A program made the position numbers and the translations under genes. Under the pieces are notes generated by a model that did not search any database, was not told where the DNA came from, and saw only the letters and a list, made by a program, of their open reading frames with translations. From Salpingoeca rosetta (taxonomy: Eukaryota > Protista > Choanoflagellata), in the NCBI GenBank assembly GCA_033442325.1, contig JAWQFM010000014.1, forward strand, positions 1,329,184-1,393,183: a DNA stretch of 64,000 bases, read 5' to 3'. Below, in pieces: positions 1 through 20,639 of this stretch. Each line of letters begins with the position of its first letter. Positions within the stretch are counted from its first letter, which is position 1.

Positions 1-94
<94 letters not shown>
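1..94. repeat. (TC)n microsatellite in an intron of the M13 peptidase gene
   Basis: Pure TC dinucleotide run ahead of the acceptor at 144-145. Confidence 0.95.
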
Positions 95-96
<2 letters not shown>

Positions 97-145
97 ACAC
101 TGACACGCACCCACCTCCAATTCCTCACCCTCTCCCCCAATGCAG

Positions 146-849
146 GCATATCAGTCGTGGCGGGATAGCAGGGACCACGCTGATGAGGACGTTGCGCTGC
201 CGGGTCTGGAGCTCAACTCCGATCAGCTCTTCTTCATCGGCTTTGCACAGGTTCGCCACATGCACACACACATACCTGTACACCTACACGAAGATATCTC
301 ATGTGCATGTGCTTGGCGCTGGCACTAGCAGTTTGTTTGGTCGGCGTTGGTGGTGTTGATGATGTTGGTGACTCTTCTGTTTGCTGCACGCCTCATGCAT
401 GTACATATCATGCTGCGTATTTTCGTCGCTTTGAACAGGTCTGGTGCTCCAAATTCAGGCCGGAAGAAGCACACAACCGCATACTCACCGATGTGCACAG
501 GTATGCATTGGTGTCGTGGTTGGGCGCGGTGCGCGACGGTGTGATGTGACAGCAGTAACTGTGACGCTTGCACACATCAGCACACAAACACACACACACA
601 CACTGTCTCACACGAATACACACACACACACTGTCTCACACAAACAAACACACACTGTCTCACACAAACACACACACACACTGTCTCACACAAAACAAAC
701 ACACGCACACATGCATGCACACAAACACACACGCACACATGTGCAGTCCGGCAAAGTACCGGGTGATTGGAGCGGTGAGCAACTCGCAGGAGTTCTTCGA
801 CGCCTTCAGCTGTCCAGATCCAAAGCGCGACATGTGCCGCCTGTGGTGA
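146..849 (+). CDS. M13 family zinc metallopeptidase (neprilysin/ECE-like), last three exons
   Basis: Exons 146-250, 439-500, 747-849 with GT-AG borders splice to AYQSW..[61 protein letters not shown]..MCRLW*, the typical M13 C-terminus. Confidence 0.93.
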
Positions 850-1393
850 TCAATGACTTGTGCAATTGCAATCGCACGCGATGCCACTTTTTCCTTAATG
901 TTGTTGTCCACTGCTGTTGGACGCACGCCTACTCTGTCATCTTGCCCATGTCGTGGCAACCTGCACCCGCCATTCTCAAATGTGTTGCTCTGTTGTCTAC
1001 CTCATCACGCCTGTTGTGTCCACGTTCCTTTGTTTGCACGCACTGCCACGAGCACAACCTCCTTAAAACCCCTTGCGGTTTCCACGACTCTACAGCTTGT
1101 GCGCATGTGTGGAGGTGTGGTGGGCGTGCGCCATGACATGACGTGTGATGTTGTGATGTGATGTGACATGATGTGATGTGACTCATCATCATCACGTCAC
1201 ACGTCGTCGAACAGTCAAAACGCTGCGAAAGAAAATTTGCAGCCCAAAACGCGCCACAAGAAGGACAACTGTCTCAATGTGCACTGCAAAACACCTCCAC
1301 CGCTCACTTCCATCCAACACGATCGCACAGTCGGACAGTCGGACAGTCGGACAGTTGCCTCAGATAGCCGCGCCCCGCCAACGTGAGCCAGCC

Positions 1394-2650
1394 ATGAAAT
1401 GCACAACGGCATCCCTGCTGCTGCTGCAGGTGTTGGTGGCAGCCTGGCTGTGCCAAGCACTCGTGCACGCACTTCCCGTCGCCGTGAGCGTGCAAAAGCA
1501 CAACGACACGTCAAGATTGGATCGGCAGCGAAGGAGCCCAGCATTCTCTGCAGACATCGAGCTGAAGCGAGCAAAGATGCGGGCCATGTCCGCTCTCAAG
1601 ACCGACTCCCATACCCCGGACGTTGAGCTTGCTATGCGCGCATCGTGGCTCTCTGCAGCCGCGTACTGCCCGCAGACGTACATCCAGCGCTGGACCTGCA
1701 AGCCCTGCTACGAAACCAACATCGTTCTCACGGTACATCAGGCCTTCAACCATGCTTGCGAGACTGCGAGAGGGCATAGCCCACGCAGCACAAAGCCAGA
1801 CAAAACACCAAAACGCCAAAACGTGAACACCCTACCACCTCACACTCCCACTTCCCCTTCCTGCATGTACCCACACCCTCATGCTGCTCCATCATCGGCT
1901 GCCTTCTTTGTCGCTTGCATGCCAATACCACCCAACAAGGGCATTCAACGATTCTCCAAGTACGTGGAAGCAGCATCGGACACGCACGCGTACTTGGGGG
2001 TCGACCACATCAACGAGCAGATTGTCGTTGTATTTCAAGGTAAGCCTGAGCTTTGCAGCCGCGGTGAAAGGGTGAAGGCGTGTGTGCTTGTTCATCCACC
2101 CACATTGGGTCTGATCATTGCTTCAAGCCCTCCTGAAGGTTGAATGCACACCACTGCTCACACTGTTTGTTTCCTTGTAATTGCGTTTCTACGGCGAACA
2201 GGAACCAAGGACACGACGCAAGAATGGGAGGATATGGATGCGGCCAAAGTGACACCTGAATTCAAGAGTCAGCCGCCAGATGTCCTGGTGCATCAAGGTT
2301 GATCCATGGGCGATTGAGCTTGAACCCGACACACATAGACATAGAAACACAGAAGCACACAGACACACTTACACACACAGACACACACACAATTACACAC
2401 ACACACACACACAGACACAGACACACACGTACGTACGCAACAACTCATCTCCTGCTTTCCCCTTCAGGATTCTTGCTCGGCTACGAATCCATCCGCAAGG
2501 AGTTGATGAACGCCATCACCAAGAAGACGAAGAAGTATCCCACGTATGAAGTGCTTGTCACTGGGCATAGGTGCGCACAGTTGCGATCCTGTGTTTGATC
2601 GTCAGTGCTTTTCGTATCTGCCCAATCCCCTCACAACACACACACACACA

Positions 2651-2718
<68 letters not shown>

Positions 2719-3410
2719 CTCTCTCTCTCTCTCCCTCGCGCGCGCACACACACACACACATACATACATACATTCACTCACACGCGAATATACACAGTCT
2801 CTCAGCTCACACCTGTCAATTGTATCCTCTGTCACTTCGTTCTTTGCCCCCTACCTTGCGTCCCATGTCATTTAAGCCTCGGGGGTGCACTGGCGACACT
2901 GTGCACGGTTGACATCGCCACCCTGCTGCAATCTGTCACGGTGCACATGTACACGTTTGGCCAACCACGCGTTGGCAACTTCGACTTTGTGGAGTTCTTC
3001 AAGCGCCTGAACATTGCATCCTCTTGTCGCTTTGTCCACTACACAGACATGGTTCCCCATCTTCCCCCTGAGTACGTGTACGCTTCTATTGTGTGTGTGT
3101 GTGTGTGTGTGTGTCTGTGTGTGTGTGTGTGTGTCTGTGTGTGTGTGTGTGTGTGTGCGTGTGCGTGTGTGTATGTGTGTGCGTGTGTGTATGTGTGTGC
3201 GTGTGAATTTGTGTGCGCATGTACGTTAGTGTGCGTGCATATGCGTGGTGGGCGCTCCATTTCGGTGCTGCGTTTCTTCCTGCCTCAAACTCTGCTCATC
3301 TGTGATTCATTGACGTGTCTCGCTAGGCTTGACTACTACTACCACGTGCCCACAGAAGTTTACTACGAGAATTACTATGGGCCTTCCTCTCTCCATGTCT
3401 GCGATGGCTC

Positions 3411-3505
<95 letters not shown>

Positions 3506-4814
3506 TGTTGTGTCTGTGTTTGTGTTGTGTCTGTGTGTGTGTGTGTTTGTGTTTGTGTCTGTGTGTGCCTTCACTTTTTGCATTTCAACACCAAACACAC
3601 TACGCCACCCTGCGACCCCGCCCCCATCACACGTGTTGTTGTTTTCAGGCGAGGACACTGCGTGCTCTGATCAGTTCTGGTTCTCCCACAGCCTGGCCAA
3701 CCATCTGAACTACCTTGGGCATGACATCGCATCGGCTTCATGCGCCAGCGTGTCATCCAGGTCGACGTCCGTGGCGCCGTTCACATCAACGACGTTCACA
3801 ACACCAGGAACAACAACAACCACCACCAACAACTTCCCGACAGGCAGCTGGACCACGACTACAATGCCAAGAACAACGAGCACAGCACCGTGGACAACGA
3901 CAACAACAACAGGTGTCACCACAACTTGGACGACGTCAAACAGCGGCGGTGGTAGTGGTATGGCAACCGTTTCTCGCTGCTCTCGCTATGGCGCCCCCTT
4001 CACCGTCAGCGATGGCATGCCAGACTACCCTCAAGGTATTGTGTGTATGTGTGTGTGTGTGTGTGTACTTGTGTGTGTGTGTGTGTGTGTTGATGTGTGT
4101 GTTTGTGTGTGTGTGTGTGTGTGTGCACGTGCGTACTTGCGTTTGAGACTTGGTGGTTCTCACACCCTCACCTAGACTTGCCTGCATGTTGTGCACGCGA
4201 CTCACACCACTTCTGTTTGCGATCGATCGCTTGGTCCTTCTCTAGCCCACTCTGTGCTGTTTGACAACAAGTACGGCGACATGCGGTCGTTCATGTACAT
4301 GACGTGGAACAACAGCAACTGCGCCGGCGATCCCATCTACGAGGTGTGCAACGACGTTGGATTGGACAGGCCGATCAAATAAAGGGGAAGGGAGGAGGCG
4401 TGTTGCGCATGCTTCAAGGTGGCATCACCATGTACACTCACGTGTACTTGCACACACACACACACACATCACACACACACACACACACACACACAATCTT
4501 CCAGTCACAACTGGACCTGACGAGCAACAAGGGCGTGGAGGCGACATCGGAGGTGCTGCACTACGACAACGCCGTGTTCCGCTTCAAGAAGGGCGGCGAC
4601 AAGGTTGTACAGCGCCTGAACAAGTTCTGTGGCTGCAACTTGGACAGCAACACGCCCACCTGGAAGACGGGTCAATGGATCACAGGTAACGCTGTTTGCT
4701 GGGGGGGGGGGAGGAGGAGGGGAGAGGGGGACGTCTGTGTCGTGCAGGTGATGGTTGCTTCTTGCATGATGCTTGTTGCGTGAGTATCAACATCCCAGAG
4801 CCAACCACACAAAG

Positions 4815-4895
<81 letters not shown>

Positions 4896-5202
4896 CTCTG
4901 TCTCTCTCTCTGTCTCTCTGTCTCTCTCTCTCTCTCTCTCTGTCTCTGTCTCTCTCTCTCTCTGTCTCTCTCTCTCTCTCTCCCTCTCTCTCGCACTGCA
5001 GTGACACCGGGCATGTGCAAGCAGCAGCAGCCGCCAAAGCGTGCGCCGTGGCTGTGCTTCCTGCTCGGCGGTGCTGTGATTGACCTGCACTATCAGTACT
5101 TCCCCAACGCGTACCAGCGCAGTCTGCTCAACAACACCGTCGTCGCCACCACCCCGCCAGAGCTCGACTCCCCAATCATGCACACCATCCCATTCGGTAT
5201 GT

Positions 5203-5242
<40 letters not shown>

Positions 5243-5658
5243 CTGTGTGTGGCTGTGTGTGCCTGTGTGTGTGGCTGTGTGTGTGGCTGTGTGTGTGTGT
5301 GTATGTGTGTGTGTGTGTGTGCATGCCTTGATGATGTGGAGGGGCAACCTCTACCTTTCCCAATTCACCCGTTCCACTCACAATCTTCCTCGTTCCCTTC
5401 CTCATTCCCTTCCTCCCTACAGGCCGATATCCTGATGCAGACGAGTGCGGCTATCAGCGCTGGGCCGGGTGCAGCTCCCAGATCACTACCACCATTGACC
5501 AGTGCGCCAAGCGCTACGGTGAGCATGGCGTGCTGTGATCAGGGGGAGGGGAGGCCGAAGTGATAGCAGAAGAGGGTGGCTGGCATGCACTTACTTGAAC
5601 ACACAAATGAGTATGACAGTGTACACCGTCACACACACACACACACACACGCACACCG

Positions 5659-5740
<82 letters not shown>

Positions 5741-5988
5741 ACACACCCACCCACACACACTCACTCACTCACTCACTCACACACACACACATATATACAC
5801 ACACACGCACACGCTCAATCTCCTTGTCTCACACAGGTGAAGAGAACGAGGCATTCCGGGTGATGTGTCTGCTCAACGGGCTGTACAACGCTCCCAGCCC
5901 CTTCACCATGCGTGCCTGCTGCCCATGCCTTGGCAAGTATGGCCAGGAATATGCACCTTGGGCGACTCTGCCGTGTGATCTCTCGTAA
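1394..5988 (+). CDS. Secreted class-3 lipase with Thr-rich linker and Cys-rich C-terminal module
   Basis: Signal peptide [26 protein letters not shown]; AAYC, VVVFQGT, VHQGF, VTGHS|LGGALA (nucleophile elbow split by an intron), [29 protein letters not shown]; further in-phase exons to TAA at 5986-5988. Confidence 0.9.
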
Positions 5989-6504
5989 AGGCCAAATCGT
6001 TGGCTTCAGACGAATGACACCCTCTCTCCCACAACATCAACTCGTGCCCGCTTTCCATCGCGAAGCAATCACCGTTTTGTTTGACCCATCATTTTGTTGC
6101 CTGAGTTCCCTTGGCGTTTCTTTTCTTTGCATCATCAGCCGTTATGCCATTGTGTTCACTCGTTCCGTTCCTTCTTTGGAAGGACACGTCATCTGCTCAG
6201 TGCTTGACTGTTACTGCGTTCGTTCAACTTACTCATCACTGCTTTGCTCATTTTCTCAACTCCTTTGGTCTGACCTTCATCATATTCCATCTTCTTCCCT
6301 TGTTCTACGCCATACACACACCTACACACACCTACACACATACATTGCGTGACATCTTCCGCCACTGACTTCGACGCACCAGTGTGGACACTCGTGTGAC
6401 GAACTGGTCGCATTTGCAGTCTGCAGCTTTAACTTTTGTACTGGTGTGTTGACAAGGTGTCACACACACACAGACACACACACGCACAGACACACACGCA
6501 CACG

Positions 6505-6539
<35 letters not shown>

Positions 6540-6863
6540 ACGCACATACACATTCAACAACGTTGACAGGGGAAGCACAAGCTTCATTCGATTATGGAAA
6601 CAGAACGAATCATCACACAGTTACAACACAGTTACAAAATGCAACAAGCAAGAAGGGCGTGTGGTGATGCCCGCAGTTGTCACGTAACAGGGACACCGCA
6701 GACAAAACAAAACAAAAACGAAATGCACAAGGGGACACATAGTGGCGAGTAGAGAACGGATGCACCAGCATCAATTGATCGTGGGCGTACAACTACACCC
6801 GCCCACGTACATCCCAGACACCAACAGCCACCATCAACCAATCAATCAACCAATCAATCAGCA

Positions 6864-7727
6864 TCACGTGTTTGAGTTAGCAAACAGCTTCAGGCGGCCC
6901 AGGCTCTCCTTCGTTGCGGTGTGCGGGGCGACACTGCGTGTTGGTGCGATGGCCTTTCCGTTGAGCTGCAGGTACTCCATCTCCTCCTCCGTCGTCTCGC
7001 GGCCCAGCACGGCGTTGCGATCGGGGAAACGCCCATAGCGCTCAATCACAGCCAAGTTGCTGGTGGTGGTGATGGTGACGGTGGTGATAGAAGGGTGAGT
7101 GGGGACATTGAGCCCAGAGAGGGGGGGGGGGGGGGTGTTTGTGTGTAAATGCAGACAGAACAAAGAAGCGCAGAGACATTGATGGCAATGGAACGAACTC
7201 GCAGCGTTCACCACGCACACACACACTGTATGTATGCAGTCAGACAGACACAAACATAAACACACACAAACACACACACACACACACACACAAACAAACA
7301 AACAAACAAACAAACAAAACCGTACACACACACACACGCATCAACGCACTGCTCGAATTTCGTCGTGTAGTCGCGAATGGGGTCGTCCTCATCGAAGAAA
7401 TCGCGCGTCTTTTCCCATTCGGACACACACAGGCGCTGCGTCATCAGGTCCTCCTGCCGCCATGGCCACGTGCACCAGAGGGGAGCGAGCCCAAAGGGGG
7501 GAGGAGGGTTTTATGTGTGATTGTACATGTGAGTAAGTGAGTGAATGTGTGGAGATACAAGTGGTGGTGGTCAAAGTGGGTTGAAACGTCGTACATACGT
7601 ACATACATACATACATACATACATACATACATACATACATACATACATACATACATACATACATACATACATACATACATACATACATACATACATACAT
7701 ACATACATACATACACACACACGCACA

Positions 7728-7766
<39 letters not shown>

Positions 7767-7793
7767 ACAGACACACAGACACACACACACAGA

Positions 7794-7828
<35 letters not shown>

Positions 7829-8210
7829 NNNNNNNNNNNNNNNNNNNNNNNNNNNNNNNNNNNNNNNNNNNNNNNNNNNNNNNNNNNNNNNNNNNNNNNN
7901 NNNNNNNNNNNNNNNNNNNNNNNNNNNNGTGGGCGAGATGACCGCTCAGCGCCGCCTGCACCATCGGCTCAAACCTGCCGCGATGGAGGGGAGAGAGGGA
8001 GGGGGGCGTTTGGGTGGTGTGGTGGGGATTTTGGTGGTGGTGGAAGGAGAGGGGTGAGGATGCATGCGTAGGTAGAATTACACATGTGGGGCATGAACAG
8101 GCGCGAATTGACGTCGTCGGACAAACTTGACGGGGGACTCAAACACACAGACACATACACAGACACACAGACACACAGACACACACGCACAAAAAAACAC
8201 ACACAAAACA

Positions 8211-8291
<81 letters not shown>

Positions 8292-10338
8292 CATACACAC
8301 ATATGCAACCCCCCCCCCCAAACACACAAAACACACCTCTCTGCGATGTTGTCTGTGCCGCCGTTTTCCTCGCGTGTCTCCGGGTTGAGCATAAACTGCA
8401 GCACCTCCTCAATGCGGTCATCAAACGCCGTCGTGATGTCTGGCGACGTCTGCCGGAACTCAAACAGCCGCTCGCGGGCCCGGCGAATGAGCGCGCATAT
8501 TGCCTCGTCCATCGCGTCGTTGTCCACGCGCAGGCGGCGGCTGGTAGTGATACCGCGAACAAGGAGATCAATCGCATACATGGCGTCGCCGTTGTCGTTC
8601 ATGCGGTGCACGGTAATGGGCGGGTCCTCCTCACCAGCGTCCTTCCCGCGCCCGTTCAGCGTGCCATATGCGCCCGCCGTCGTGTCGTGCGCGCCATTCT
8701 CCGTGTCGTGCAGGAAGCCGAGTCCCGTGCGGCCAAACGCGGCCACCATCACCTCCTTGCGCTTGGGCGGGTCCACCTTCAACGGCCGGAGCTTCACCTT
8801 CTTCTGCGGTTTCCGCTGAAGCTTCCCGCCGACGAGCGAGAAGGGCGGCAGCTTGAGCGGCATCTTGTCCACCGCAACATACACGCTGTCGTTGACAATG
8901 TTGCTTGCGTCATGCACCTCCAGCCCGTCGAGCGTGAACAGCCGCTGCACGTGTCCAAACAACAGCTTGTCCTTGACCTTGTTTGTAATCTCCTGAAGCA
9001 CCAGCTCCCAGCTCTCCAGGACACGTGGTCGCAGAATCACGCGCACGCCAACGCCGTCCTCGTCGCCGTTCACCAGCGCAAAGATCTGCTTCACCTCTGC
9101 CGCCTTGTGTACGCGGCTCTGCACCTTGGAGTCGAACTTGCTCTTCACGCGCGTGAGGTCTGGGGCCACGTACGTCTGCTCGCGGCTGCGGAACGACTGG
9201 ATGTCTGTGTACGCAAGCTTCTTCAGCGGCGCCTTGCGGCCGACGGTGACGGCGTGCGTGGTGGTGCGCAGCTGCGCAATCTCCTTGATGGGCTCGAAGG
9301 TGTTGGCGTCGTAAATCTTCATGACAGGGCCAAACGGCGGGTCCAATTGTTCGCTCAGGTGGTCCAGCAGCCGCTCAAAGGTTGGCGTCTGCCGCGAGTC
9401 CACCATCACCTGCTTCCCCGCAAACTGCTTGTCCCCGTTCCTGTGCGAGTGAGTGAGTGAGTGAGTGAGTGAGTGAGTGAGTGTGTGTGTGAGTGAAATT
9501 GGAAGGTAAACATAGGAGAAGAACTGAAAACTGCAAACTGAGGACCCCGGCACGTCACCCCACCCACACACCAACACCCACCTCATTTGCATACCCTCCC
9601 CCCCCCCCCTCTCCCCTCCCCCAAACACGCAGGGACGTACAGGTAGAATGTGACCCTGGTCACGACGTTGGACGAGACGGTGGCGGTCATGGAGAGCCGC
9701 TGTGATCTCCGGCGCGTGCCCTTGAGCGGTGACGAGGACGACGCTGTTGGGCTCACCTTGGCCTTTGCGTTCCCATTGCCACTGCCACCCCTCTTCTTCT
9801 TGGATGATTTCGGCGAGGACGCACCATCCCCAGGAGGCGCATCGTCCTTCTTCTTCTTCGTCTTCTTCTTCCCGGCCGCACCCGCTGCTTTGGGTGGCTG
9901 GTCTTGCTCTGCTGCTTGTGCCTTGTCTGCTTGCTGTGAACGCTTCTTGCGCGGCTGTTGCGTCTTCGAGCGGCCTTTCGGGCCAGGCGACGAGCTGGTT
10001 GGCGGCGACGGCGCATGCGCACTTCGTGCGCTCTCTGATTGCTGTGGCTGATCCTTGCCACCACCCCCGGTTGCGGGCTTCTTCTTCTTCTTTGGCTTGG
10101 CTGCTCCTCCTGCTGCTGCCGCCGCGGGCTTGCGGTCGCCACCTGTGCCGTTGCTGGTGCTGTCCTCGCCATCCTGCTGCTGCTGGTTGTCTGCGGCCTT
10201 GTTGGCTGTGTTTGTGTTTTCCCTTTCCTTCTTGGGCTTCCTCATCACCTTCTTCGGCGCACGCTGCTCCCCTTCTGCGGCATCTGCGTTTGCCGTTGCA
10301 GTGCCAGAGCGGCCCTGGTGTTCTTCACCGTCCACCAT
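6864..10338 (-). CDS. DCDC2-like tandem doublecortin protein with C-terminal DUF924-like domain
   Basis: Lys/Ala-rich N-terminus; DCX1 RVTFYLNGDKQFAG..TFERLLDHLS; DCX2 IFALVNGD..ESWELVLQEIT..VQRLFTLDG..YVAV; then EEVLQFM..DNIAE|RFEPMVQAALSGHLAH (gap) EDLMTQ..LAVIERYGRFPDRNAVLGRETTEEEMEYL. Confidence 0.8.
7592..7714. repeat. (TACA)n tetranucleotide microsatellite, intronic
   Basis: About 30 near-perfect TACA units. Confidence 0.95.
7829..7928. other. Assembly gap (N run)
   Basis: 100 N; interrupts a DUF924 exon. Confidence 1.
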
Positions 10339-10914
10339 CGCTCGCCTCCTGCTGCTGTGGGTTGCTGTGGGTTGCTGAGCGCTGTGTGGCTGCGCTGCTG
10401 CTGTTGGTGGTTGGAGACAGAGCAGGAGGTTGTTGTTGTTGTTTGCGGCCCAAACAAGGTGCTTGGTTGGTGTTGCTTGTTGTTGGTTGGTTGGTTGGGT
10501 TGTTTGTTGTTTCCTGCTGTCGTGACGACAAAGATGCTGATTCAGCAAAAATCGGGCGAGTCTGTTCCTTGAAAGTCTTCTTGTCAGTGGAATGACTCGA
10601 ACGTGGCGAAGTCAGTGATTTCCTGCATGCAATTTGCGGTTTCGCCAAACACAGAAACACGCTGCTCACACGCACTTGTCAGGGGCATGGCTTGAAGTTG
10701 ACTGTTTTGAACAAACACACACACAACACACACACACACACACACAACAGCACCATCACCAGCACCGCCATCGCTCAACCGCTTCACGCTGGTGAACTTG
10801 CACGGGTGTGCCTGCTGCCAATCACGAAATCATACCTCGCTTCAAAGAGGAAGAATAGTTAGTGAGCGAGTGCCAACAGGAACAAGAAGAAGAAGAAGAA
10901 GAAGAAGAGGGAAG

Positions 10915-17725
<6,811 letters not shown>

Positions 17726-17928
17726 GTTGGGAATGGAGGACATGTGTGTGGTTTTGTGTGGATGTGTGTGTGTGTGGTTGTGTGTATATGTGTGTTTGTG
17801 TGTTCGCTTGTTTGTTTATGCATGCTTGACCTCCGTCCTTGTTGTTGTCCTTGTGCGCACCAGGCATTCCTGTACTTTCTTCGTTAGATACGCCGCCGAC
17901 AGCAACACACACACACACACACACTTTT

Positions 17929-17970
<42 letters not shown>

Positions 17971-17977
17971 AACGCAC

Positions 17978-18602
17978 CGTGCACGAGTAGCAGAAGCAGC
18001 AGGTGATGAGGCTGATGAGGAAGCTGAGCCACACGATAATCATGGCCACAATCATGAGACCAGCGGCAACACGCAGACCCTCACTGGGAATGTCCTGCAG
18101 AGAAACACCTGCGTGTGTGTGGTAGCGAATGCATGATGGAGGTGAGCGCGTGCCACAGACACGAAGGGATCATGCATGAAAAGACACGTGGGGGGGGGGG
18201 TTGCATGGCTTTGCGTGTCTGTGTGACAGCGTGCATGCTTACCGTAAACTTCGATGTTGCACCGAAGATCCTTCTGGTCTTGGCATTCTGTTTGACGAAG
18301 AGCACACATGCGTGTCGGGTGGAGGAGGGACGGAGGGCGAACAAGGGCATCGGTGAGATTGTTGTGCGTGGTAGCAAGGGCGGAAGGCAATGCGACGCGC
18401 AACCATGAATCCACACAGTCACAGACACAGGCACAGATAGACACACATGCACACACACACATGCACACACACACACCTGAAAATACGCCACAGGCGTAGG
18501 CTGTTGTGTCCCCTGAAGGGATCGGGGCCAGAAGCCAGAAGGGGGCCGCCGCAGCGACAATCAGGAAGATGCCCGACAGCAGCAAGAAGAAGCTGTACAG
18601 GC

Positions 18603-18634
<32 letters not shown>

Positions 18635-18788
18635 GTGGGCAAACAAACAGGAACAGGCATCGGTGAGCATCGTGGCCAACGCCATAGGTCTCACAACTCC
18701 AAAGCAAACACACGCCCCCCCCGCCCCCCCGCCTTCGACACGTTGTCACTCACATGTGGATCAGCAGGTGAGAGCCCTTCTTCGCCAT
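17978..18788 (-). CDS. LHFPL/TMHS-like tetraspan membrane protein (PMP22-claudin clan), 5' half only
   Basis: Four in-phase exons give MAKKGSHLLIHILYSFFLLLSGIFLIVAAAAPFWLL..ACGVFSECQDQKDLRCNIEVYGVSLQDIPSEGLRVAAGLMIVAMIIVWLSFLISLITCCFCYSCT; TM1-P-x-W, G-x-F-x-x-C..C, IPS, TM2 pattern of LHFPL. No TM3/TM4 or stop found. Confidence 0.65.
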
Positions 18789-19366
18789 GATGCTGGTTTA
18801 CAACAAAGGATCGCTCGCTTGGCGAGAGAGAGAGTGTGTGTGTGTGTGGGTGAGAGAGAGGTGGTCGGTGACGACGGCTGCGGGTGTTGTGTGGATATGG
18901 GGAGGAGTGCTTTGTTCGTGTGTGTGTGTGTTTGGCAGGAAAAAAAAAGTGGGTGGGTGGGGTGCACCATCGAATATTCATTGAAGATTTTAACAAAATG
19001 TCGTTGGTTGCAGTTGTCGTGCTGTTTCATTGTGTGTGCACCTGCCAGGGTGCTGTGGTGGAACAAGACGTGGTGGTGTGTGTGGATAAGGGAACAACAA
19101 GCAATGGTGGCTGTACAAAAGGAGAAAGAGATGTAGGAGAGTAATGAAACAGAGGAACGTGTGAAGGGAAAAACACAAAAGAAAAGCGAGATCTTAGGAC
19201 AAAGTGCTTCTCTTCTTTGTGAACAGTGTGTGTGTGTGTGAGGTGTGTGTGGTGTGAGCGAGTGAGCAGGGGAAGAAGAACAAGCAGCAATACACATGCA
19301 AACAGAGCAAACAGAGCGCCGACGCTGCTTGCTTGTTGTGTCTTCCCAGCATCCAACGGGTCCATT

Positions 19367-19774
19367 TCAGACTTGCTCGTGCGCAGGCTCCAGCGCGAGG
19401 GAGTCGCCCTGCTGCTGCTGCTGCTGTTGACTGGCCGTGTCGCTCGTGTTCAAGGGCTCAGTGGTTGTCGTTGTCGCGGGCTCTGGTTGTGATGATGGCT
19501 GTTGTGTCTGCTGCTGTTGTTGTGGCTGCTGTTGTGGCAGGTTGGGGGATTCCTGCTGCTCCTGGCCCTTTGCTGCCTTGTGCTTGCGGGGGCGGGACAA
19601 GACGGCGTCAGGGTCGGGGTGGAAGTGCTGGTAGCACATGTACAGCGACGTGAAAAAGGCCACCCACGTCGAGAAGTAGCCTGCACACACAAAACAAAAT
19701 AGCCCGTGGTAGGTTGGGATGAGTGTGGAGGGAGGGATGAGTTGGTGATGGGTTGCGAGCAAGCAGGCGCATAG

Positions 19775-19829
<55 letters not shown>

Positions 19830-20276
19830 ACCGTTTGCCGTGCCGCGGGCTGCGCCGCAGCTGGAGTTGAACGGCCCCTCTGCGCTGGTGTTGACGCCCG
19901 CACCGGCCGCCCACCAGGCCACGAGGAACACGGAGATGGCCTTGCCAGCAGCCTGTATGGGGTGGTGAGAAGAAAAGGGGAGGGACAGTGAAGTGAGACG
20001 GGGGTTGAAGCACGAGGTGGTGGTGGTGGTGGAGGGGGACATGACACGATGAGGTGTGCAAGAAGGGTTATGGTTGCTAGACAGACAGCCTGATGCAATT
20101 TCACGTGTCTATTCTACAGTGCATAACGTACGTGCGCTGAGTCTGGGGCGAAGCGGAGGATGCACATCTGCGGGCGAGAACGAGCAGTGCGGTGCGAGTT
20201 GGTTGGACGGGAGAGAGGGGACGGACGAAGAATGGAGAAACGGGAGGGGGAGGGGAAGAGTGAGACGATGCATGAT

Positions 20277-20344
<68 letters not shown>

Positions 20345-20593
20345 CTGCCAATAACTGACGTGGCCGATGCAGACGACGGCGGCGATTGCGCCGACAGCGA
20401 CAGCGAAACCGTTGCGCTCCGAGCAGTCGTTGACACTGTCGCACACATCCGCAGCAACAGCCTGGCAGTGGGGAGGAAAGGGAGAGGGTGTGAGGATAGG
20501 TGTGAGGATGTTGTTTGGTGGATGTTGTTTGGTGGGCTTATGTGTGTGTGTGTGGTTGGGGGGGGGGAAGGATATTATCAAGTAACATGCAGT

Positions 20594-20639
<46 letters not shown>

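Noticed and set aside
2546-3708. Long HTHTHT/CVCVCV ORFs here and throughout the ORF track
   Set aside because: Translations of intronic (CA)n/(GT)n repeats; real exons splice around them at GT-AG sites.
8084-9460. 458-aa plus-strand ORF
   Set aside because: Antisense shadow of the GC-rich DCX exon; no motifs.
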